Source: Mytilus californianus
Taxonomy: Eukaryota
Assembly: GCF_021869535.1 (NCBI RefSeq)
Contig: NW_026262690.1
Coordinates: 186,001 to 250,000 of the forward strand
DNA: 64,000 nt
Reading direction: 5' to 3'
The position numbers and the translations under genes are program-made. How positions within the stretch are numbered: the stretch's first letter is position 1; each line of letters opens with the position of its first letter. The notes beneath the pieces were generated by a model that saw nothing but the letters and a program-made list of their open reading frames with translations, was not told the origin of the DNA and made no database searches. Positions 35,268 through 48,067 of the stretch are shown piece after piece.

Positions 35268-38200
35268 GTAAACTTGTATGACATTAATGTTCTGTCCATT
35301 TCTTTAAGAGTCTTTTTTCATTTAACTAACTAGTGTTCGATCGATAGCATCTACTACTATAAAGGTTATTTCCTTATTGAAGTATGTGATTACTCTATAT
35401 AGGTTATTCCTTATAGAAGTAAGTTATTACTCTATAAAGGTTATTTCTTTATAGAATTATGTGATTACTCTATAAAGGTTATTTCCTTATAGAAGTATGT
35501 GATTGTGCTCTATAAATGTTATTTCCTTATAGAAGTATATGATTGTGTTCTCTAAAGGTTATTTCCTTATAGAAGTATGTGATTGTGCTCTATAAATGTT
35601 ATTTCCTTATAGAAGTATATGATTGTGCTCTCTAAAGGTTATTTACTTATATAAATAAGTATTTGATTAGTCTATAAAGGTTATTTCCTTATAGAAGTAT
35701 ATGATTGTGCTCTCTAAAGGTTATTTCCTTATATAAGTATTTGATTAGTCTATAAAGGTTATTTCCTTATAGAAGTGTGTGATTACTCTATAAAGGTTAT
35801 TTCCTTATAGAAGTATATGATTGTGCTCTCTAAAGGTTATTTCCTTATAGAAGTATGTGATTGTGCTCTCTAAAGGTTATTTCCTTATATAAATTTGTGA
35901 TTGCTCTATAAAGGTTATTTCCTTATAGAAGTATGTGATTGTGCTCTCTAAAGGTTATTTCCTTATAGAAGTATGTGATTGTGTTCTCTAAAGGTTATTT
36001 CCTTATAGAAGTATATGATTGTGCTCTCTAAAGGTTATTTCCTTATAGAAGCATGTGATTGTGCTCTCTAAAAGTTATTCCTTATAGAAGTATATAATTG
36101 TGCTCTCTAAAGGTTATTTCCTTATAGAAGTATATGATTGTGCTCTCTAAAGGTTATTTCCTTATAGAAGCATGTGATTTTGCTCTCTAAAGGTTATTTC
36201 CTTATAGAAGCATGTGATTGTGCTCTCTAAAGGTTATTTCCTTATAGAAGTATTTGATTACTCTTTAAAGGTTTTTTCCTTATATAAGTATTTGCTTACT
36301 CTATAAAGGCTTTCCATTACAAAATAGAAGTATGTGATCGTGCTCTATCTTAACAGTCCGTATCTTACGTTTGTTGTTCATTCTACTGATATTTCTTATC
36401 AAATAGTAAATATGTGATGATAATTTCAGTGGATCCGTTGTGCATTATATACAGTGTGATTTGTCCTGTCAGGTAGAATCCCTGTGTAATGAAGTAGATA
36501 AAATATATCCTGGTGGTATCGACATACTAGTCAACAATGCAGGTAATCAAACATCAATACATGTACAATAATATAAGCATTTTACATTATAAATTATTTA
36601 CATAAGTTCATTGGGATAATTGTTGAGGAGAGAGCAGAAAAGTAATTCAAAAGTAAATCATTTTTCTGTTTCGAGAAACCAAAATTCATTTCAAGCTAGT
36701 TACACACATATTTTAAAGAAGGTTATTGCTTTTCTTTTCATTTCAAACCTTTCAGATATATAGCTTTAAATCACAATATTGATGTCATGTGTTAAATATT
36801 CTGTATAGGCTCCCATTTTGCTGCCATTTTTAAAATTACATTGTTTTAAGGTTAATACTTTTGAAATAAATGAAAATATATGAATTTCGTTTGGCACTAA
36901 AGTTCATCTTTCTTTTGTAAACACGAGGCCTCAGAAACAGATACGCTTTGTTTGCATCAGAATTAAATAAGGGATCTTGTTTCTTATTCTTCAATGTGAA
37001 TCGGGCCTATTGATGACATATCAGTTTTCTAGTTAAGTTTCGGGATAATTTTGTCATGCGTAGCACTATTAGAAACACGCTATTATTCACTTAATCTAAA
37101 ACCGTTTTTATCCTTTCTAATGCGTTCGATAGTGTTAGTAATTCTTTCGTGAACATTGCTGATCTAGTTTCGCTCATTCACGGAGTATTTCATCCTGAAG
37201 ACGTGAACATTGCTGATCTAGTTACGTTCGTGCACGGAGTATTTCATCCTGAGGAAATACAAAATGTAAAGTAAGATGACATTACTATCACGAGATAACA
37301 ACGTGTTGAGTAAATCGACTGTTCTCAATAATTCCGTTTTCAAAGAAACAAACACAATAAGGACGCACGGTGCATTTAACATAAATTAACAACAAGTAAA
37401 AAAGTAAGTGTCAAAGTGTGAATATATAGCTAAATATTTTGTGTTTTTTTATTTCATTAGGTATCAATTTTGTGAAATATATTGATGAATATCCAGTAGA
37501 AAAATGGAACGAGTTGATAGCAATCAATCTAACTGCTCCTTTCTTATTGATAAGGCATTGTTTGCCAAAAATGAAGAAAAAACGTAAGTTACTTTGAACT
37601 ATTATTTTACAAACATTTATTCAACGATTTTTTTCCTTGAATGAACACAACATTTGAACAGTTTTAGTATTTGTATCCAAAAAAGTTGAACAGTAAAGTT
37701 ATTTAATACTATATTTCCATTCTCAATTTTATTATAGATAATTATTATTCAAGAAGTGAAAATATATACAGAAACAGTAATTATATGACATTGTATCTTT
37801 CCAAAAAATATCTCGTCATGCCAACATGCAGTGGAAAGAATTCTATACCACAAAAAAAAAACATATTCCAAAATAATAATAATAAGCAAAACGGGATTTT
37901 TATATTTTTCCTACTTTATGCTGGACCATTCGTATATATAAATCATTAAGAACTAAAAAATCATATTGCAAATGTGCTATACTTGAAAATCCCTGTTTTC
38001 AATTCAGTAAAACATTTAATTACAGAACAGCTGTCATATATCTGACTGTAGATATGATCCATCTTTTTGGTCATTCACCACTGTCACTGGCCTTTTTTGT
38101 GATCCATCTTTTTGGTCATTCACCATTGTTGTTGGCCTTTTTTGTGATCCATCTTTTTGGTCATTCACCACTGTTGTTGGCCTTTTTTGTGATCCATCTT

Positions 38201-41200
38201 TTTGGTCATTCACCATTGTTGTTGGCCTTGTTTGTGATCCATCTTTTTGGTCATTCACCATTGTTGTTGGCCTTTTTTGTGATCCATCTTTTTGGTCATT
38301 CACCATTGTTGTTGGCCTTTTTTGTAATCCATCTTTTTGGTCATTCACCACTGTTGTTGGCCTTTTTTGTGATCCATCTTTTTGGTCATTCACCACAGTT
38401 GTTGGCCTTTTTTGTGATCCATCTTTTTGGTCATTCACCATTGTTGTTGGCCTTTTTTGTGATCCATCTTTTTGGTCATTCACCATTGTTGTTGGCCTTT
38501 TTTGTGATCCATCTTTTTGGTCATTCACCATTGTTGTTGGCCTTTTTTGTGATCCATCTTTTTGGTCATGCACTACTGTCATTGGCTTTTTTGTGATCTA
38601 TATTTTTAGTCATGCAATACTTTCACTGACGTTTTTGTGATCCATCTATTTGGTCATGCACTGCTGTCATTGGCGTTTTTGTTATCCATCTTTTTAATCA
38701 TGCACTACTGTCATTGGCGTTTTTGTTATCCATCTTTTTAATCATGCACTACTGTCATTGGCGTTTTTGTTATCCATCTTTTTAATTATGCACTACTGTC
38801 ATTGGCGTTTTTGTGATCCATCTCTTTGGTCATGCACTGCTGTCATTGGCGTTTTTGGTATCCATCTTTTTTATCATGCAATACTGTCATTGGCGTTTTT
38901 ATGATCCATAGTTTTGGTCATGCACTGCTCTCATTGGCGTTTTTGTGATTCATCTTTTTGGTCATGCACTACTGCCATTTGGCACTTTTTTATCCATATT
39001 TTTGGTCATGCTCTGCTGTCATTTGCCTTTTTGTGATCCATCTTTTTGGTCATGCACTACTGTCATTTGCGTTTTTTATCTATCTTTTTTGTTATGCACA
39101 GCTGTCATTGGCGTTGTTGTGATCATTAGTTTTGATTATGCACTTCTGTCATTGTCAATGTTTCCGTTACAAGTCAGGAATCTCTTCTTAGGTTTTCTTT
39201 GTTTCTTGTCGTTTGAGGAAATAGTTTTAACGGTAGATCGACAGTTGATTGTTCATTTTATTCCCATTTGCTCTATATCAGTATTTTAACGAAGAAGAAC
39301 TTGACATATTGGACACTGATGTCTAAATGCCTGTATATTGTTGTTGGATTGTTGTTTCATTGACATATTGGACACTTTGTATTAATTAAAGCCGTATATT
39401 GATGTCTAAATGCCTGTATATTGTTGTTGGATTGTTGTTTCATTGACATATTGGACACTTTGTATTATTTAAAGCCGTATATTGATGTCTAAATGCCTGT
39501 ATATTGTTGTTGGATTGTTGTTTCATTGACATATTGAACACTTTGTATTAATTAAAGCCGTATATTGATGTCTAACTGCCTGTTACAGTACATTGTTGTT
39601 GAATTGTTGTTTCATTGACATATTGGACACTTTGTATTAGTTAAGGCCGTATATTGATGTCTAAATGTCTGTACATTGCTGTTTGATTGTTTTTTCATTG
39701 ACATATTGGACACTTTGTATTAGTTAAGGCCGTATATTGATGGCTAAATGCCTGTATGTTGTTGTTGGATTGTTGTTTCATTGACATATTGGGCACTTTG
39801 TATTGATTAAAGCCGTATATTGATGTCTAAATGCCTGTACATTGTTGCTGGATTGTTGTTTCATTGACATATTGGACACTTTGTATTAATTAAGGCCGTA
39901 TATTGATGTCTAAATGCCTGTACATTGTTGTTGGATTGTTGTTTCGTTCACATATTGGACACTTTGTATTAGTTAAGGCCGTGTATTGATGTCTAAATGC
40001 CTGTACATTGTTGTTGGATTGTTGTTTCATTGACATATTGGACACTTTGTATTGATGAAAGTCGTATATTGATGTCTAAATGCCTGTATGTTGCTGTTGG
40101 ATTGTTGTTTCATTGATATATTAATAGAAATAAGAAAATATGGTACGAGTGCCAATGAGACAACATTCCATCCAAATCACAAAAAGTTAACAATTATAGG
40201 CCAAAGTACGGCCTTCAAAACGGAGCCTTAGCACACCGAACAGCAAGCTATACAGGACCCCAAAATGACTAGTGTAAAACAATTCAAACAGGAAAACCAA
40301 CGGTCTAATCACATGAAAAACAAGAAACGAGATACACTTAAGAACCACATCAACAAACGACAACCACTGAAACAGGTTCCTGACTTAGGACAGTTGCAAA
40401 CAAATGCAGCGGGTTTAAATGTTTTAACAGGCGCCAACCTTCACCCTAATCTGAAGTAGTAGTGTAACATTACAACATAAAAAAATATCAACTGAAATGG
40501 CTTAAATCAATCAAAAAGACATATTAACAAAAACAAGTAAACATACACTGAACGAATAAATTTGATCTATGACCCAATGTCAAAAAGACAACTATAACCT
40601 TGGACAAAATGGCGTTAAATAAAATAACGTACACAGGTAAATTAAAATATAATTTTGTTGTTAGGAGTACGGAGATATTTTTTTACAAAATAAATAAATT
40701 TGTTGTTCATAGTACGAGAGCAGCACTGAAAATTTATCGTCATACTAAATACTTATTAAAGGTGGTACATATTAAAAATAGTGAGACGAGATATAACACA
40801 AAATAAGTAAACATTGAATAACAAAAATGCATTACAAATTGTGTAACAGGTCAAATTAACACGAAAGTACGATTTGAGAGTACTCGCAGTTACTGAAAGC
40901 TAGTAAATGCCTGTATTTTGATGTTGGATTGATGTTTCATTGACATATACTCCTCACATTCTTTTATTCATTTCATTAATATAATATAATATAATAGTGA
41001 TTTAATTATTGTCTACATTACAGATTGGGGAAGAATAATCAATATATCGTCCGTGCAGGGCACAATTAGTGCACCAGGAAAAGCTCCGTATGCCACATCA
41101 AAACATGGAATTATTGGTCTTACAAAGGCAAGATTTAAACACATTGAGAGGCGATTTCAATTGGGATTTGAGGCAAATGTCGACATTTTATAAGGAAAAC

Positions 41201-44200
41201 ATCTTTTTGTTGTCGATAATTCCCTTCAACCTGTTGAAGTCTTGTTCTACCGAATACACTACCAATTTGTTGTTTAGGCGTGATTTATGTGGTGATTACT
41301 TTCCATGTAACTGTTTGTTATTGTTTTGATTGTAAAGTATAACCGCAGTGTCGCTATATGTGTCTTACAAGATTCTTTATTATTAAATCGTCTCACCATC
41401 TAAGATCCTATACGTGACTTTTATCATTTAAATTTGAAATCGATAGTTTAGCATATTCATTCGAAATCAGACAAAATAAGACCGGCAAGATTTATATTGG
41501 TTAAATGTAATGTAGACCTAAGAGATAGGATCAGTTTTTCCTTTATTTGCTTCACTGACAGAGTAATAGAAACTTACGTTTCAATCCAACTTCTCTCAAT
41601 TCTAATTTGGAATGCCTTTCTTTTACATATTTTAAATAAATGCGCTAAAATTTATCAAATATATCAAATTTTTGGTTAAGAGCAATCGTTAGACATTTGT
41701 AATGTGTTCAGGTGTTGATATAGAATCTGATACTGCATACACGGAGCATGTGTCCTACAGATAAATGTCCACCAACCATCGCACTATCTCCCAATACAGG
41801 TCAAGACGCAGATGTCTGACCACCGCACTATCTCCGATGCAGGTCACATCAATGTCTAACAACCGCACTATCTCCCAATACAGAATAGGTCAAGACGCAG
41901 ATGTCTAACCACCGCACTATCTCCGATGCAGGTCACATAAATGTCTAACCACCGCACTATCTCCGATACAGGTCTCATAAATGTCTAACCACCGCACTAT
42001 CTCCAATACAGGTAACTTAAGTGTCTTACCATCGCACTATCTCCCATTCAGGTCACGTAAATATCTTACCAACGCACTATCTCTAATACAGGTAACTTAA
42101 ATGTCTAACCACCGCATTATCTCCAATATAGGTCACGTTAATTTCTAACCAACGCACTATCCCACATACAGGTCTCATAAATGTCTAACCACCTCACTAT
42201 CTCCCATACAGGTAACTTAAATGTCTAACCACCGCATTATATATAATACAGGTCACATAAATGTTTAACCATCAATTTTTTCCCATACAGGTAACATTTT
42301 ATACTTATTGACTGGGTATGAGTGGAATAGTAAGTTTATTGTCCCCGAGGTGCAACTATTGCCCTGAGGCGTAGCCGAGGGCAATAGTTGTATCCGAGGG
42401 GACAATAAACTTACTATTTCACGAATATCCAGTCAGTAAGTGTTTTATTATACCGAAAGAGACAACAGACAATAAATGTCGGGCTAAATCAACTATCGTA
42501 ATATAAAAAAGCAGAAACACAACCATACTGTTTTTAACGTTACTTAATATATGTATTGCATGCTAAGGCTACGTCCTGTACAGACGTCAACCCTATATAC
42601 AATAGGTAAAATGCGACGTCGCAACTCCCGCGGCATTCTCAACATCCTCCAATCCCGTAGCTGCATTTGAAATTCCGCGTCACATAAATGTCTAAGCACC
42701 GTCCTATCTCCAATACAGGTCACATACATGTTTACAACCATCACACTATCGGAAATACAGATAAAGATGCAAATATCTAAATACGATACTTTCTCCAATA
42801 CAGGTCACATAAATGTCTAACCATATATATATACCGCATTTTCTCCGATGCAGGTCAAGACGCAAATCTCGGGTACTTTTGAAAAAGTTATTCTTATTAA
42901 GCATGGTCATTTGAGGAAGAAGACGACACGACTTCACGATTGTGAATTACTTTTGAAATAATTTTAAACATATATGTTGATTTTAATTGACCTCTCGTTG
43001 TTTCTTCACAGGGCGTAGCTCTTGAGGTAGCGGCTCAGGGTATAACAGTGAATGCTATCAGTCCAGCTTGGGTTGACACTCCATGTAAGTTCAACTAAAG
43101 TTAATAACTATCTATGTTCCTCCGAGCACTAAGAACTGGATATATCAAAATAGTTATGTTATTATCCTAACCCTATAAGTTATTATTCGCAGTAAAAGAA
43201 GTACTAAAAAATAATCGACTGTCACATAAAGAAACCATTTAGATCTGTAATCTTATGGTCTCGGAATGTGTAAACCGAGTTGAAAGAAAGTAATATATAA
43301 AAGCTGTGCTGTTACTGTCACACTGAGCGTTTTCTGTTACTGTCACACTGAGTGTTTTCTGTTACTGTCACACTGAGTGTTTTCTGTTACTGTCACACTG
43401 AGTGTTTTCTGTTACTGTCACACTGAGTGTTTTCACAGCTACATAATACTAATGTAGAAACTAACATGTCAAAGTAGTTTTATACTGCCACAGAGAAAGT
43501 ATAAGAGCTATATTTAATGTGTTACAGAGATTTCATCAGTGCCATATTAGACTATTACAAAGAGTATGTCAGAGTTGTATTTGTACTGTCACAGAGAATG
43601 CGTCATATATAGAAATAAGAAGATGTGGTATGAGTGCCAATGAGACAACTCTCCATCCAAGTCACAATGTGTAAAAAGTAAACAATTACAGGTCAAAGTA
43701 CGGCCTTCAACACGGAGCCTTGGCTCACACCGAACAGCAAGCTATAAAGGGCCCCTACAGGACTAGTGTAAAACAATTCAAACAGAAAAACCAACGGTAT
43801 AATCTATATAAAAAACGAGAACAGGAAACACTTAAGAACCACATTAACAAACGACAACCACTGAAACAGGTTCCTGACTTAGGACATGTGCAAACAAATG
43901 CAACGTGTTTCAACGTTTTAACAGGCGCCAACCTTCACCCTAACCTGAAATAGTAGTGCAACATTACAACATAGAAAGACACACTATACAATATCAATTG
44001 AAATGGCTTAACTCAATCAAAAAGACATATTAACAAAAACAAGTAAACATACGCTGAACGAATAAATTTGATCTATGACCCAATGTCAAAAAGACAACTA
44101 TAACCTTGGACAAAATGGCGTTAAATAAAATAACGTACACAGGTAAATTAAAACAGTCAAAGAAGACATGACTTGTGCATTGCCAAAATAAAAGTATCGA

Positions 44201-47200
44201 CAGGCAGTAGAATAGTTTGGATTTAACCTTATAATAAATATGTATAATGTTATATATAGATAAAGCAATCTCTATATAGAAAATGAATGTGGATGTGTAA
44301 TTTTACATCCAAAAAACATTTGAAAAGAATACAAATTTAGTTGATGACAAAATCGATATTTGTGCCAATGTAAACAATAATCAAAGATCTTATAACAACA
44401 TTAATAAGATAACCTTTACTAATAAGTTTGTTTAAAGGTTCGATGAGTTTACACGGATAACATAGCGATTTCCGCGCTTTTAGTACAATATTACCGTAAA
44501 ATTTAGGATGTGAAATACCGTTTTTAATAAGTTTTCTACAGTTACAGCCAAATTCACTAATCAAATCTGTGTATCTATGAAAGAATTTAGTAAAAAGTTT
44601 AAGTTATTTATGGTAACGAAATCCCTGACTTATAATTTACCAGTGATGCATTGATTGCGTTCGTTAAAATCTATGACATCACTACACACACGGGCATAAC
44701 GAACGAGTTGGGATATATAAACACCGTATGCTGGAGCCAAAGGAACATCGCCTTCAAAAAAAGGAAAATTAACAATAGGGAATGAAAAATCATCTCTTTT
44801 GTCGTAAATTTTAGTATGGCGTTTCCCTTCAGAAATTGAAATGTCTAAATCTTGAAAAGGACAACTACTGCTGTTTATGTTAGATTTATTTAAAGTAAGT
44901 TCCTTTGGGTAAATTTCGGTAGTATATTTAGAGGACTCTGGATTATTTAACGAAAAAATATCATCAAGATAACGGTAGGTATTGTTGAATGTTTCAACAA
45001 AATGACGTGTCTTTGGTCATAAACTGAGATTCATAGCAGGAATAAATCTGCTACTAGTATTAAAGGGGCGCCATTGGTGCCCATAGGAATACCTACTACC
45101 TGTCGATACACTTTATCGCCGAAACGTACATATATCTATATTATACTGTTGCAGAGATTTTGTCAGCTGTGACACATTTTTGGTCAGAGCTATATTAGAC
45201 CGTTAATGAAACTAATATGTCGTAATACAGTCACATAAAATGTACCAGAGCTGTCTTTTATAAAAGGTGTGTCAGAGCTGTGGTGGTTAATAACAAATGC
45301 CACATTCGTTTATCTGTAGGTGTTTTTTAACTACATTTAAATTCTCTAATAAAGTTATGTGTATCACAATTATGGTCTTTCGAGTGTTCTTGGCCGTTTA
45401 GAGACACATAAGAAGCAGTTTATGCTGCTTACTTCTCTAAAACGCCTGGTTTTCACTCTTGTTTTTATGGACAGATGCAATCTCTTTAAATTTGTTTATC
45501 TATCTTCCTTTGGCTGTTGTTTTTGGTGTGTTATGAAGAGGAAAGAGGTGGTCTTATATTATTTCTTCTTTAGTCTGAAATTTTCCGCATTCAGGGTTAA
45601 TTTCTACCGCTAAATAATTTATTTCTTGTCTTACCTTTTATTTACATGGAGTCTGGAAATAAATTTGGTTTATTTAATTATGTTTTCAGTGGTGCAAGTC
45701 CAGTTTGAAAAGTATGCACGTGAAAACAACATTTCAGTAGATAAAACAAAGGTATATCATTTTATAAGATACTAAGAAATAAGTGGAGGTGTTGAATGAT
45801 AATCAAAGATCTCCAAAGATTTGACCACATTAAAGACTTCATAGAGCGGGAAATGTACTAACGTCTAAGTTAAAAAGTTCTTTTAATATAGTTATCACAC
45901 AACAACTTGACACTGACAAAATATGTTTGTAAATATTTATTAATGAAAGTCAAAGGAAATAAAATGTTATATTATGATTGGTAACATTGTGTTATGTTTA
46001 TTACATATGTTGCAGACTTAGAATATACCATTTGTTATACATTATGTACATATAAAACACTGTTTTCAACTAATAGATATAGTCATTTTTAAATTAAGTA
46101 CAAACTTTGTCTACGGTAGGGGATAATTATGAATCATGAAGGTGCGTTATTTTTGAATTAGAAATGGAGCCGTCATATACGATAACTCATTATTTTTTTA
46201 ATTATTAGCTTAATTTTAATTAAAACGCAAAACTTAACCATTTCTATTCCTGCATTCAATAGACATGAATCATTAACTGATAAAATATCATTCCTCTGGG
46301 ATTCATAGTTGTTTACATCAACTGACAAAATATCGTTGCTCTGGGATTTGTAGTTGTTTACATCAACTGACAAAATATCGTTGCTCTGGGATTCTTAGTT
46401 GTTTACATCAACTGACAAAATATCGTTGCTCTGGGATTTGTAGTTGTTTACATCAACTGACAAAATATCGTTGCTCTGGGATTTGTAGTTGTTTACATCA
46501 ACTGACAAAATATCGTTGCTCTGGGATTCGTATTTGTTTACATCAACTAACAAAATATCGTTGCTCTGGGATTCGTAGTTGTTTACATCAACTGACAAAA
46601 TATAGTTGCTCTGGGATTTGTAGTTGTATCAATCCGTACATTAAAACAAAACTCAACTTGAGCCGCGCATGTGTAAAAATTCAATGAGGATTCTGCTTTG
46701 TAATGGCCTTTTGAGTGAATTTGATCAAAATCAGTATTTTATAATTGAGTTTTCTAGTTTACCGATTTTCTATACATTTTTTGTTGTAATTGGTGCACAA
46801 AAAAAATCATAGGAAGTTCGCCCTAAAAAGAAGCAATCAGATGACAATGGATATTACTCAAATTTTACCTGGGAAAAACTTCTTTTTCATTTTTTTGAAT
46901 GAAATTTTTTTGTGGAAATATTCAAAGAACTTGTTTTCTTAAGCTTATCATCTACATGGGCGGATTTACCCCAAATAAATACATGGTTATTCTACTTGTT
47001 TTGTGGAAAAAGAGGGACGAAAGATACCAGAGGGAAGGAAGGTTTTTTTTAAATGCCTGTCAGATTCAGGCATTAGATATATTGACTTATTTTTTCAGGC
47101 ATTTAACAAAACTGAAAGGCGTTTTAGAAAATGTCTGAAATTGTTTTATATAAAGCATTTAAAAAACATACAGAGCCACTGCAAGCATTGAACAACAAAG

Positions 47201-48034
47201 CAGTTTTATCGATTATAATTACTAAATTTTAACGCTTGCATTTTAAGAGACTAAATAATTGAAAATAAATTCTTCTTAATTATTTAAAATTCCTAGCACT
47301 GAACTCGACAATTATTTGCTATTTCATATAATGTTTGGATGGCAGGACCAGTCATACATTTGTCTTATTTTTTTTTGCAAATACATTGTTTGTCGTCAAA
47401 TCTGGTCTTGGCACTACAGCAACTTTTGGTGAAACCCGGACCATGACACGTTCAGCTCTGACAATTGTTTTCCTGATAAACACTCAATGTTCGAAAGCAT
47501 TGGGTTTTGCAAAAGCATACGCATGAATATCTTTTTTTTCATGTGTTCCTAAATGATTAATAGGCACATTTTCATAATTAGGCTTATTTACATCTTTTGG
47601 GTTATTAAAGCATTGAAGAGACGCATGCATGGCAGGAGACCTTTATCCTATCTTTGCACCAGGTCTCGTTCTTATGGAATTCAGTTTTTGTTTGTTACCT
47701 TGATTAATCTCATCTTTGTCGATTTACACGATTTTAACATTGGTAAATTACCGTCGCCTCAATTCTCTAAATTGTAAAGATCCAAAAATTACCTTCAGGC
47801 AGTGACGATGAAGATATTCATATCATTGCATCACAACCAAAGACGGCCTTGTATTGTGAAACCCGTGCTTTGAAGGGAAATACCTTTCGCTGTGCAGGAT
47901 GTATAAATTCGCATTATTTCTGAATGGGGACATGAAATCTGATGCCTCGTGTAACATTTTTTTTTCTCTGCTTCATATTTTTGTTCTATTATAAGTACAA
48001 TTTGTACTTCTGTCATCATGACAGTCATATCATG

Positions 48035-48067
<33 letters not shown>

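Noticed and set aside
37148-37255. 54-bp direct duplication containing CTGAAGA/CTGAGGA
   Set aside because: No helix II-GAAA arrangement on either strand; a simple local duplication.
45095-45130. Hammerhead-like ctgtcga...ccgaaacgtacata
   Set aside because: It is the antisense of the Penelope RT coding region ([12 protein letters not shown]). The core is imperfect and helix II does not pair.
47290-47970. Possible nested coding exons in intron 6 (e.g. minus-strand [11 protein letters not shown]; [14 protein letters not shown])
   Set aside because: Short frames end in stops, there is no consistent splice chain and no family is recognised. Probably a decayed TE.
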